DNA from: a virus
Virus genome (UHGV): UHGV-1272094
Reading direction: 5' to 3' (one strand)
DNA length: 19,487 nucleotides
Both the position numbers and the translations under genes were made by a program. The notes beneath the pieces are model-generated. The model saw only the letters and a list, made by a program, of their open reading frames with translations, did not search any database and was not told the origin of the DNA. Of the stretch, positions 1-8,256 are shown one piece after another. Every line of letters begins with the position of its first letter. Position 1 is the first letter of the stretch.

Positions 1-1290
1 TGTTACTTCGCTCGTTTTTACTATCGCTGTCGTCACTTGCTCCAGCGAACTGCTCGCTACCTTTCCCGAACGCACAAGCTGATTTAATACTGCCGCCGCA
101 GCACCAGTTGTCGAATCAGCCGCATTCCCGGCACGTTGAGCTAAATCGCCCAATTGCCCGCTGGTTGTCCCCAACTGATTTCCGGTAAGAATAAGAGATT
201 TATTAAATTCGTCCTGCTCCTGAGAGCCTTTATAGTAAGCCAGTCCTAAGACCCCAACGGCTGCTGCGGCCAGGGTAAAAGGATTAATTAATCCCAGCAC
301 ATAAGAACCTACCCCTTTGATCGCCGGGCCAATCCCACCGAACATATCTTTTAGCTGGCCGCCCTGCTGCATTAACACCATAAATGGCGACTGACCAGTG
401 GACAACCCAACAACAATATCCGTCATTTGTGCAGGCAACATGCGCATAGCAAAAGCCGTTTGTTTTGCCGACATTCCGGTTTTGCTTAATTGTGATTGAG
501 TAACCTCAAGCTCACTCCGCATAGCACGAAGTTTTCCAGAAAGCTCCTCATACATTTCAGGAGAAAGCATCCCCTTAGCTTTTGCTTCATTGAGCTGTTT
601 CTGTTGTTCTACCAGACGATTAAAAGCAGTTCCGACAGGATCAAGTTGAGCAATCAGACGTTGCAAAGCAACAACCTGTTCATCATGCGCTTTTGCTGCT
701 TCTCGCTCTGCCTGAGCCTCTCCGGTAAGCTCTCGCCGTGTTTCCTGTATTTTTCGGCTATAATTCTCAAACTGAGAACCATTTATTTTCCCGGATGCAA
801 ACGCAGCATTAAGTTCATCATGCTGTTGTTCAAGATTTCTTAGCGCCGCAGCCAGAGGGTCGATCTTGTCCAGCATTCTTTGAAAGGCCTGAGCCTGCGC
901 TTCCTGCTGGGCGGCAGCAAGTTTTCCGGCCTTCTCGGCTTCTCTCTGCGCTTGCGCAACCCCGCTCAATTCCTCTGTGGTTTCATTAAGTTTACGGACA
1001 AGAAATTCATATTCTTCTTTATCAATAAGCCCTTTATCGAAAAATTTCTTTAATTCAGAATAGCGTCGACCGACAGTATCAATTGCGGCACCAACTGGAT
1101 CAATAGCTGCTTTTAATTTTGCGAGCGCGTTCTTCTCATCTTCTGTTGCCTTAGTCACTTTCCCTGCGCTATTTGCAGCAGTTTCCCCAGCCTGCGTCAT
1201 TTTGACTAATGAGGAGGTCAGATTGTCAGCATTATTTTTCGCTCCAGTGCTATCAATAATTATTGCGAGACGCGAGGTTTGCTCTGCCAT
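1..1290 (-). CDS. Tail tape measure protein, N-terminal 430 codons (3' end beyond window start)
   Basis: Minus-strand ATG at 1288-1290 with AGGAG 9 nt upstream. Reading frame stays open to position 1. Translation [24 protein letters not shown]..., Ala/Gln/Glu-rich coiled-coil, then [36 protein letters not shown], which I recognise as a tape-measure motif. Missing from the ORF track because it is truncated by the window edge. Confidence 0.9.
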
Positions 1291-1307
1291 TTATTAAAAC
1301 TCCTGAC

Positions 1308-1335
1308 AACAAAAAACCCACCGCGAAGTGGGTTT
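1308..1335 (-). terminator. Intrinsic-terminator-like hairpin between the chaperone genes and the tape measure gene
   Basis: Perfect 8-bp stem aaacccac/gtgggttt (1314-1321 and 1328-1335) with 6-nt loop. On the minus strand the stem is followed by TTTTTTGTTG. Confidence 0.4.
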
Positions 1336-1455
1336 CAGGCGACATAATAGTAGATATAGCGATTACGAGGCCACGCAATGCTTTTCTCCAGGAGCATCAT
1401 CGATTTAATTAAAGACACCATCACATCTCTGTAACAGAGTGTACGTAATTAACAA

Positions 1456-1776
1456 CTACACACACTGCTCCTGAAAATACTGGTCATCCAGTGCAAAGAT
1501 CACTGCTTCAAATTCATCGCGCTCAATCAATACCGGATGAGTGGCTAAATATTCATTTATCTCTGTCAGAGATAAAGGCAAAGGCACCCCAGCCATTCCA
1601 GCATAACGTCGGGCACGGGATATTACCGAATAGGCGTACAACAACTCCTTAAGCACCGGGTCTATTTCTGGTTCCGGTATCGGTGGCAACCTGAGTTTTT
1701 CTCGCTTCCATCTTGCCTTTTCCCCCCTTTCTCCCCCGAACTCCGATAACCACCGCTGGGCAGCTATGGCTTTTTT
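1456..1776 (-). CDS. Frameshift extension of the tail assembly chaperone (lambda GT-like C-terminal part)
   Basis: The -1 frame relative to 1764..2225 is open from 1800 down to the stop at 1456-1458 and overlaps the 3' end of the upstream ORF across the slippery heptamer. Predicted fusion is about 256 aa. The ORF-track entry 1456..1689 begins at a TTG and is the tail of this frame. Confidence 0.65.
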   Translation of the reverse strand, partial: KKAIAAQRWLSEFGGERGEKARWKREKLRLPPIPEPEIDPVLKELLYAYSVISRARRYAGMAGVPLPLSLTEINEYLATHPVLIERDEFEAVIFALDDQYFQEQCV

Positions 1777-2225
1777 ATCGTATCCTGCTTCTGCTGCTCT
1801 TTACCCTGGGCGATGCTGGCTGCTTCTGCAAGGATCTGCCAGTACAACTCTGGATTCTGCTTAAGCAGCGCGATCCCTCGTTCTGCCGTATATTCCAGTG
1901 CAACCTCAACACCATTAACCAGTTCACCAACCCCTTTCCAGTCTTTCAGCAGATAACGAGCGGCATTATCAATGAGTAAATCATCAACAGAATCCACCTC
2001 GGAAACCTTTGAAATATCAAACTCCTTCGTTCCGACGTGCAAACTGGCATCCATTTTCTCAATGTGGCGACGGATTAATGCATTACGGGAGCGATACTGA
2101 TCGTTATCGCTGCTTGCCACCAACAGTTTTAACCCGTCTACAGGTTTTAAGTCCTTCATTGGCGTAAACCAGCGTTCTCCACCAATGATAATTTTCTGAT
2201 TAAGAATAAACATCCATAACCTCAT
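1764..2225 (-). CDS. Tail assembly chaperone (lambda G-like), upstream frame of a frameshift pair
   Basis: 153-aa ORF directly upstream of the tape measure gene, ending ...EQQKQDTIKKP*. Stop TAG at 1764-1766. GGGGG 10 nt upstream of ATG 2225. Position and size match the G/GT arrangement of siphoviruses. Confidence 0.7.
   Translation of the reverse strand: MRLWMFILNQKIIIGGERWFTPMKDLKPVDGLKLLVASSDNDQYRSRNALIRRHIEKMDASLHVGTKEFDISKVSEVDSVDDLLIDNAARYLLKDWKGVGELVNGVEVALEYTAERGIALLKQNPELYWQILAEAASIAQGKEQQKQDTIKKP
1770..1776 (-). promoter_or_regulatory. Programmed -1 ribosomal frameshift slippery heptamer A_AAA_AAG
   Basis: mRNA reads ...GAU ACG AUA AAA AAG CCA UAG in the zero frame. A AAA AAG is the same heptamer as the E. 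coli dnaX shift site. After the -1 slip the frame continues KKAIAAQRWLSEF... into the 1456 ORF. Confidence 0.65.
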
Positions 2226-2273
2226 TCAATGCGTCCCCCTGTAGGGCAGTACCACAGGAGGAATAACGGAAAA

Positions 2274-3236
2274 TCAACTAATCGCCTCAGCACTGGCTTT
2301 TGCGATCACGGCAGCCGGGGAATTTTTTTTTCTGGTTATCGTAGGTGCTTCATCTGCTGCGGTAATGCTCAATTGAACCTGGATAATGTCGCTATTACCC
2401 CCATCAGGCCATTCACCTGACACCTGAACCTTCGGGAAACTGAAAGTGTATGCCCCCTCTCCATTCGAAAGCGTGAAGCTGAACGGAACTGTTTCTCCAG
2501 TCAGTGTTTTACTCCAGATTTCCCACGCGGCTTTAGACCATGAAAGCGTCACCGTACCGGACGGTGTAAAAGTAGTCGGAATATTTGCTCCTGCATAAGG
2601 CGAGCCAGTCCCGATACAACGCTGTGTCTGGAGTTTGTTATCGAACTGAATATCAAAACTGTCGATACAAAAACCGTTACCTCCGGCAACACCATTCAGG
2701 CTTACTGCTGAAACCTCCTTAAACGAATAACGTAGCTTTCCTGCACTATCCACAGGTTCGCCTTTGATAAAATTCGTATCATCGGCCTTTGATTCCCAGT
2801 CCAGTCCGGCAAAGGTTACGGTCGCTGTAATATCGCCGTCGTTAGGGATCTGCATTTTCCATGAGCCAACCTGCGCTCCTCTGACGACAGAGGCAATTCC
2901 GACATCGGACGCATAGGTCGCCAGAGAAAATGTTATTCGCTCATTCCCCATTGTCAGAGAATCGCCTGACCATTCCGCGCCGAAACAGGATGCAAGAAAA
3001 TCATCATGTTGACCCCAGCGAAATTTGGTACCAACATCACCGCCGACATCCACAGTGCCAGGCGTCGCCCCCTGAGCCATCCGGGAGCCACCAATCTCAT
3101 TATTTTCGCCTTTATTCTGGGTGGGTTTTACTCCCCAGCTTGTGCGTTTTAATAAACTCCAGTCACCACTTGCTGGCGTAGTGCCTGCAACCGTCTCCCG
3201 GATAAATGCCGAGATAACCTTTGCACCTGAACTCAC
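2274..3236 (-). CDS. Major tail (tube) protein, putative
   Basis: 320-aa ORF between the tail-terminator-like gene and the chaperone pair. GTG start at 3234-3236 with AGGAGG 5 nt upstream. Assignment is by synteny with the lambda U-V-G-T-H order. Confidence 0.65.
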   Translation of the reverse strand: MSSGAKVISAFIRETVAGTTPASGDWSLLKRTSWGVKPTQNKGENNEIGGSRMAQGATPGTVDVGGDVGTKFRWGQHDDFLASCFGAEWSGDSLTMGNERITFSLATYASDVGIASVVRGAQVGSWKMQIPNDGDITATVTFAGLDWESKADDTNFIKGEPVDSAGKLRYSFKEVSAVSLNGVAGGNGFCIDSFDIQFDNKLQTQRCIGTGSPYAGANIPTTFTPSGTVTLSWSKAAWEIWSKTLTGETVPFSFTLSNGEGAYTFSFPKVQVSGEWPDGGNSDIIQVQLSITAADEAPTITRKKNSPAAVIAKASAEAIS

Positions 3237-3262
3237 AGGAGCCTCCTATGTCATTAATTGCG

Positions 3263-3655
3263 CTAGAGCGCGCGATATGGAATTTGAAGATTAAGCTGGA
3301 ACCAGCCATTCTTTTCGCCAACGGCTATTGAGGAAACAGCCTGGTAACTGAGACGATCGTCATCCTGAAACTCAAACAGTTCCCGCAATTTATCGGCTGT
3401 CTCAGTAATGAGTTTTGAACCAGAACCTGCGGGGACAAATAACTGAATAATGATTATCCCCGTGCGATAAACAATCGGCCCCGCGCCAATTTCATTAACT
3501 CCAGCCTGCCCGGGAATATTACTTAACCGCGCCCAGATTAACTTACCGGAAGGATCGAACGTTGGCGCGTTCGGATACAATACGTCTTTTCCATCAATAA
3601 TCGTCTGTGCCGTCATTCTGGAAATAACCGTATTTCTGATTTCAGTAAACGTCAT
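3263..3655 (-). CDS. Tail terminator / tail component protein (lambda U position)
   Basis: 130-aa ORF. Its ATG overlaps the upstream gene stop as ATGA at 3652-3655. Position is immediately upstream of the major tail gene. Confidence 0.55.
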   Translation of the reverse strand: MTFTEIRNTVISRMTAQTIIDGKDVLYPNAPTFDPSGKLIWARLSNIPGQAGVNEIGAGPIVYRTGIIIIQLFVPAGSGSKLITETADKLRELFEFQDDDRLSYQAVSSIAVGEKNGWFQLNLQIPYRAL

Positions 3656-4032
3656 TTGTAAGCCTGTAAAACACCATGAAAAGCGTTGGCATACACGCCA
3701 GTTGGCGCTTGTTGTGAATGACCGTTTTCAAGAGCCTCTGCATAAGGAAGGTTATTCTGGATATAAATAACTCCGTAATTTGCAGCTTTCGAAATAACCC
3801 CGATCCCACGCTGAACAGCAATCGTACCGTTCGGATCCACGTTATCAGATATACCAAAATCGGGATGCTGTAACGACACCAGGTTGTTATTTCTGAAACG
3901 TCCGGTATCAACCGGAGCAGCAATATCAATAGCAGTAAGAATCTGAATAGCGATGTAGCGAATCTTCAGCCCTACATCTTCCTCAATCATCCCGGCAAAT
4001 ATTGACGGTTCTATATCCCATGCCTTTGCCAT
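3652..4032 (-). CDS. Tail completion protein, HK97 gp10-like
   Basis: 126-aa ORF containing ...AAPVDTGRFRNN..., which I recall as characteristic of the HK97 gp10 family. Located in the head-tail joining block. Confidence 0.55.
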   Translation of the reverse strand: MAKAWDIEPSIFAGMIEEDVGLKIRYIAIQILTAIDIAAPVDTGRFRNNNLVSLQHPDFGISDNVDPNGTIAVQRGIGVISKAANYGVIYIQNNLPYAEALENGHSQQAPTGVYANAFHGVLQAYK

Positions 4033-4416
4033 TTACGCTCTCCTTAACTGGATAGAGTAAACTGATGCGGAAGGATCTACACTTGCTGTAATTACCTCGT
4101 ATCGTTGTAACTGCCTTGATACAGGATCATAAATCTCAATAATATGGTCGACAGCTGGTTTATCCGTAACCTCGCATACCAGAGCGGTTAATTTAAGGTC
4201 ACCATGCAAAATATTAATCCCATCAATTCTGCCCAGCTTATAACGTGTCAACACGCCTCGCCCGGTATAGATTGCGGTGGATTCGCCGCCAGTTTCCGTC
4301 ACAGGATCCCAGTGCCGGTGCGTAACGTAAGAACCAGAAAAATCACTCACGGCGTCCGCTAAATCCTCATCAAAAGCAGCGGCAACCTCTGACTGAATCT
4401 CTTCACGAAGCCCCAT
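4033..4416 (-). CDS. Head closure / head-tail joining protein
   Basis: 127-aa ORF. TAATG overlap with the upstream gene at 4416. Position matches the SPP1/HK97-type connector set. Confidence 0.5.
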   Translation of the reverse strand: MGLREEIQSEVAAAFDEDLADAVSDFSGSYVTHRHWDPVTETGGESTAIYTGRGVLTRYKLGRIDGINILHGDLKLTALVCEVTDKPAVDHIIEIYDPVSRQLQRYEVITASVDPSASVYSIQLRRA

Positions 4417-4811
4417 TATCCCCCCCTCACAACCCTGACTTGTGAGCGACTAAGTCCGTACGGTTTCAGCAGTGCTATCGCAAGCTGTAAATCGGGTTCA
4501 AGCAATGCAGTGCTGTTTGCTGGCAACTCAGAAAATGATTTCGATACACTGACCCCGTCAGCCGACACGGCTTTACTGATAACAACGCCAGAATCATTTT
4601 TCTGCTGAAACAACTTACCGAATGAGGCAATTCTGGCTGCATATGCTCCCGCAAGTTTTACCTCTTCCGGAATACGGGATGGGTTAATTTTCAGGTTGAA
4701 GCCATTAAGCCAGGCATTAGCCATTAAAACAGCTTTATTTTTAGCGTTCTCACTCGTCCAGGCGTTCCCAAACGCATTATCAACGTCATCACAGGTCACG
4801 TAAGTGATCAT
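4416..4811 (-). CDS. Head-tail connector (gp6-like adaptor) protein
   Basis: 131-aa ORF, first gene of the connector block downstream of the capsid gene. ATG at 4809-4811. Confidence 0.5.
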   Translation of the reverse strand: MITYVTCDDVDNAFGNAWTSENAKNKAVLMANAWLNGFNLKINPSRIPEEVKLAGAYAARIASFGKLFQQKNDSGVVISKAVSADGVSVSKSFSELPANSTALLEPDLQLAIALLKPYGLSRSQVRVVRGG

Positions 4812-4814
4812 GTG

Positions 4815-4991
4815 TTACTCCTGAGTTTTCCAGCCCATAGCCTTCCAGTTGTCAACTTCATCAGGATGAACATTAGCGATAGTTGGTGCGCCGGGAAACA
4901 TCTGATAATCGGTCACCATAACCACTAACTCAATTTGCGTTTTTTGTGCGGCTTCACGCTGTGCTCTTTGCTCTTTAGTTAATCCGGCCAT
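4815..4991 (-). CDS. Small hypothetical protein (58 aa) between capsid and connector genes
   Basis: Not in the ORF track. ATG at 4989-4991, stop TAA at 4815-4817, no internal stops. Translation MAGLTKEQRAQREAAQKTQIELVVMVTDYQMFPGAPTIANVHPDEVDNWKAMGWKTQE. GGGGGG lies 3 nt upstream of the ATG. Confidence 0.4.
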   Translation of the reverse strand: MAGLTKEQRAQREAAQKTQIELVVMVTDYQMFPGAPTIANVHPDEVDNWKAMGWKTQE

Positions 4992-5000
4992 ATGCCCCCC

Positions 5001-5023
5001 ATTAAAAATGGGGCCGAAGCCCC
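5001..5023 (-). terminator. Terminator/attenuator hairpin just downstream of the major capsid gene
   Basis: Minus-strand GGGGC-UUCG-GCCCC stem-loop (plus 5010-5023) followed by AUUUUUAA. Lies 11 nt after the capsid stop at 5034. Confidence 0.5.
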
Positions 5024-5033
5024 GTTTGAATGT

Positions 5034-6173
5034 TTAACCAAGAATCAGACAACCATGTGCCGGCTTCACTGATGAAACACCCCATGCCAGTCCAACTTCA
5101 TAGCGCACCTGGCGATACTGACGATACAGTGCAATCTGGAACGTAATCCCTGAAATCGGGTCCGTAACATTCATTACATCATCAGCATTATCGCCACCTT
5201 CCGGCATTGCCGGAGTACGGGATGCCAGCAGAAACGCGTTGCGATCAAACGCCATATTTGCCGTAAAGGCCCCAACAACTGTGATGGCAGTATCATCGGC
5301 CAGATCCTGACGCAGTCCGGGCGCTGCAAGAGTAATCAGATTGCTGGTCGCTGCTGCCACAACATACTGATTCGGATTACCAGCGAACGTAACAATCTGA
5401 CCTGCAGAAATACTCCCCGAACCAGTATCAATGGAAATAAGAACATCGCCTTCTTTTTTCTCTCCATTCACGAGATAACCAGTTGCAGCAACCTTTGGCG
5501 CTCGTTTCACACCTGCCGAACTGTGAATATTGAATCCCTCCAGACGCCCCAACACGCCCTCACGCAGTAGCTGTTCAGTGCCGGATTCATTCACTTTAAA
5601 CAATACAGACTGTTTTCCGCGCAAATTAGCAATGGCAGTGGAGCCAAGCACCATCTGCAGATCGGTTGTCGGTGCGCCGTTATCCTCCAGAACCTGACGA
5701 GCCAGAGCAGCATCAGAAAGATCATCTTTAACACCAAACGGCGTTGTCCCTGCGGTTCCCACGGCGCGGGAAGCACCGAAATACAACGCACCAAGATCAG
5801 CCTCAACCTCGTTTGCAAGGGCGCGAAAAGCCTGCTTGAACTGATCAGCCAGAATGGTGTTGTAAGTCCCTGAAGGGCCAAGAGCCAGTTGTTCTTCACC
5901 ATTCCATTTAACCGGTGCCATTTTGGATTTAGTAATTTTTACATCAACAGTGCCAATATTTTGATCACCGGTATTCGGAGCTGACGGCCCCGGTACGATA
6001 TCTTCGGTTTTCGCCTCAGGCGCAACTGGCGCGGTTACCGTCTGATCTTTTGCTGCGGCGTCAGCTTTTACGTTTTTTGCTACCGCAGGGATAAAACCTA
6101 CCTGCTCACGGGATACAACATCCAGGGCGGTATAAATAGTCGGGATCAACCCGGTCAGGGTATTTCCAGCCAT
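5034..6173 (-). CDS. Major capsid protein (P22 coat-like by recollection)
   Basis: ATG at 6171-6173 with AAGGA upstream, 379 aa, MAGNTLTGLIPTIYTALDVVSREQ... The longer ORF-track start at 6266 is a TTG. Position after scaffold; C-terminal region resembles P22 gp5-type coat proteins from memory. Confidence 0.75.
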   Translation of the reverse strand: MAGNTLTGLIPTIYTALDVVSREQVGFIPAVAKNVKADAAAKDQTVTAPVAPEAKTEDIVPGPSAPNTGDQNIGTVDVKITKSKMAPVKWNGEEQLALGPSGTYNTILADQFKQAFRALANEVEADLGALYFGASRAVGTAGTTPFGVKDDLSDAALARQVLEDNGAPTTDLQMVLGSTAIANLRGKQSVLFKVNESGTEQLLREGVLGRLEGFNIHSSAGVKRAPKVAATGYLVNGEKKEGDVLISIDTGSGSISAGQIVTFAGNPNQYVVAAATSNLITLAAPGLRQDLADDTAITVVGAFTANMAFDRNAFLLASRTPAMPEGGDNADDVMNVTDPISGITFQIALYRQYRQVRYEVGLAWGVSSVKPAHGCLILG

Positions 6174-6271
6174 AATTAAATATTCCTTAAAAATTTGCGT
6201 AATTGTGAATAGATGGAGTAATGAGCTATCCAGCCCTGACACCAGCTCCCATCCGGAAGCTGACAAATGTG

Positions 6272-7036
6272 TTAATCAACGATTGTGATACCGTCTTTCA
6301 ATGCGTTTTGCTTACCTGCAACATCCAGTGCATCAAAAGCAGAGCGTTTCATCGTTTTCTGACCAATATCATGCTGTGTCGGACGGGAGCCGCCGCCATT
6401 GTTGCCACTGGCTTTCAGGATGTAGTCTTTCTGAGGGTAATTTTCGACAAGGAACTCCAGCGCCTCATCAAACTGCGCCAGTTCGCCAGGCTTCGCGCGG
6501 GAATAAATTTTGTTGCCGGAAGCGTCATAAGCAACGATCTTCCCTTCTTCCACTTTGAATGCCTGCCCGAAGCGGGCTTGTAATAAATCTGCCGGGATCG
6601 CAATTTTATCGGCAATATATTTTGAACCCGCAAAACTACCGCCAATCATAGAATCGTAAAGCTGCGTCTCCAGCATCTGAGAGCGTTGCTTTTCTTCATC
6701 TAATTGCTGCTGAAAATTTTTCGTAATTTCTGCCTTAACCTGGTCAACCTGTCCCGCATCGATCAGCTTTTTCTGGTCGATTTTTAACAGCATTTCCAGT
6801 GCCTCGATCGCCTTCTTCGGGTCTTCGATAGCGGCAAACTTAGCCAGTTTTTCCTCTGCAGCTTCTTTAGCCAGGCGATGATTTTTTGCCTCGCCATTAA
6901 GCTCTGTAATTTTTTTTATCGCCAGCGGTGCATCGAAGCCGATTTCTTTACCATCGTCGTGCACATAAACTGGCAGGCCAGCAGTATCAATTTCTGCGTA
7001 TTGTTTTCCGTTAATCTCGACCGTTTTCAGTTTCAT
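6272..7036 (-). CDS. Scaffolding protein, putative
   Basis: ATG at 7034-7036 (MKLKTVEINGKQYAEID...), 254 aa, charged helical region (...EAAEEKLAKFAAIEDPKKAIEALEMLLKIDQKKLIDAG...). Located between the MuF-like gene and the capsid gene. The ORF-track GTG extension to 7108 runs through the upstream hairpin. Confidence 0.6.
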   Translation of the reverse strand: MKLKTVEINGKQYAEIDTAGLPVYVHDDGKEIGFDAPLAIKKITELNGEAKNHRLAKEAAEEKLAKFAAIEDPKKAIEALEMLLKIDQKKLIDAGQVDQVKAEITKNFQQQLDEEKQRSQMLETQLYDSMIGGSFAGSKYIADKIAIPADLLQARFGQAFKVEEGKIVAYDASGNKIYSRAKPGELAQFDEALEFLVENYPQKDYILKASGNNGGGSRPTQHDIGQKTMKRSAFDALDVAGKQNALKDGITIVD

Positions 7037-7096
7037 ATTAGTACCTGGTTTAAGTCTTCCGACAGTTACGCTGCTCACCATCCGGATCGCAGCAAT

Positions 7097-7121
7097 AAAA
7101 AAGGCCACCCGAAGGTAGCCT
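7097..7121 (-). terminator. Terminator-like hairpin upstream of the scaffold gene
   Basis: Stem aggccacc/ggtagcct (7102-7109 and 7114-7121) with one mismatch and a cgaa loop. On the minus strand it is followed by TTTTTTATT. Confidence 0.3.
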
Positions 7122-7140
7122 GTTGTAATAAATGATTTAT

Positions 7141-8256
7141 TTAAATCCCTGCTTTTCTGAATACCTGTGCATCACGCTCACGGAGTTGCTTCAGCGTCAG
7201 CCATTCGCCTTTATCGGTGTAAAATTCATCTGGCGACATACCGCCATCCCGAATCAGCTTTGCCCGGGTTTCCCCCACAATCTGTTTTTGTCTGGTGTAA
7301 GGCTGACGCAAAAACCATTCCCTGTAGGTTGTATCTCCGGCCACCACGCCATCCATGCTGGCCCGCTCAGCCGGGGAAATATCACGAACATCAATACCCA
7401 GTTCCTTCGCTGATTTCAGAATGAACGTTTCCGTTGAGCGGCAGCAGAAATGAATTTTTCCCGGCCCATGCAAATAAGGCACACTGTGACCTACAGGTTT
7501 ATTATCCAGCGTATATTTGAGGCGATCCCTGATTCGACATTGTGGCGTAGTACGATTATCAAGCGTTGATAACCATTGCTTACCCTTAATCAAATCATTA
7601 TTCGCGCTGGCAAAACTCTCACGGGCAGTAGCAGCAAGATGTCCAACCGCTGTTTTTGCAATGCTGGCCGCATTAGCCCGGCTCATCTGCAATGCACCAT
7701 CCTGAAATCCCTTGCTGACATGTCCCCGAATTTTTCTTGCGATCTGCTCATTGGTATCCCCCAGCAAAAAACCCTGACGCACCGTATTTGTTATGCGTCT
7801 GAGCCGATCCGCCTCAAGATCCAAGGCCCACTCACTGAGCAGTCGTCCCTGGAATGGTCGCGCCATTGCAGCGGCGTAAAGTGCATCAGAAGATATACCA
7901 ACCAGAGGGTGAACATCAGCAACAAAATCAGGTAGCAGAGAATCAAACAGACTTAACTGATAACCAGCCTCATAAATTGCCAGCTCGTTCAGCTCTCCGG
8001 AGAGACTGGTAAACATGCTGTTAATAGCAGCGCGGTTAACCTCTCTGACACTCGCCAGAAGTGACTCCAGGCGCGTAACGGTAAAACTACCAGGATCGAG
8101 GCTGTCCAGTGCTACCAGCAGGCGAGCTGTAAGCTCCGCATCGCTGTCATTCAGTATTTTCACCATTCTGGCAGCCACACCAGTGCTATAGCGGGATATC
8201 CAGACTGCATGAGCAATTGATTCATCACGCAGCCGTTCATTCACGGTTTGCATCAT
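7141..8256 (-). CDS. Head morphogenesis protein (Mu F / SPP1 gp7-like minor head protein)
   Basis: 371-aa ORF immediately after the portal gene, overlapping its 3' end by 20 nt. The SPP1-like order terS-terL-portal-gp7-scaffold-MCP supports the call. Confidence 0.6.
   Translation of the reverse strand: MMQTVNERLRDESIAHAVWISRYSTGVAARMVKILNDSDAELTARLLVALDSLDPGSFTVTRLESLLASVREVNRAAINSMFTSLSGELNELAIYEAGYQLSLFDSLLPDFVADVHPLVGISSDALYAAAMARPFQGRLLSEWALDLEADRLRRITNTVRQGFLLGDTNEQIARKIRGHVSKGFQDGALQMSRANAASIAKTAVGHLAATARESFASANNDLIKGKQWLSTLDNRTTPQCRIRDRLKYTLDNKPVGHSVPYLHGPGKIHFCCRSTETFILKSAKELGIDVRDISPAERASMDGVVAGDTTYREWFLRQPYTRQKQIVGETRAKLIRDGGMSPDEFYTDKGEWLTLKQLRERDAQVFRKAGI

Noticed and set aside
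496-843. Plus-strand ORF (115 aa) inside the tape measure region
   Set aside because: Antisense to a well-supported minus-strand gene, low-complexity translation, no ribosome-binding site.
3642-3929. Alternative-frame minus-strand ORFs nested in real genes (3642..3929, 5591..5902, 6415..6645, 10302..10526, 11056..11487, 12776..13069, 14723..14938, 17227..17442)
   Set aside because: Each lies wholly inside a longer, better-supported ORF in another frame.
5034-6266. Longer 410-aa form of the capsid ORF, and the 278-aa form of the scaffold ORF (6272..7108)
   Set aside because: The extensions begin at TTG and GTG without good ribosome-binding sites, and the scaffold extension runs through a hairpin. 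Internal ATGs at 6173 and 7036 have better context.
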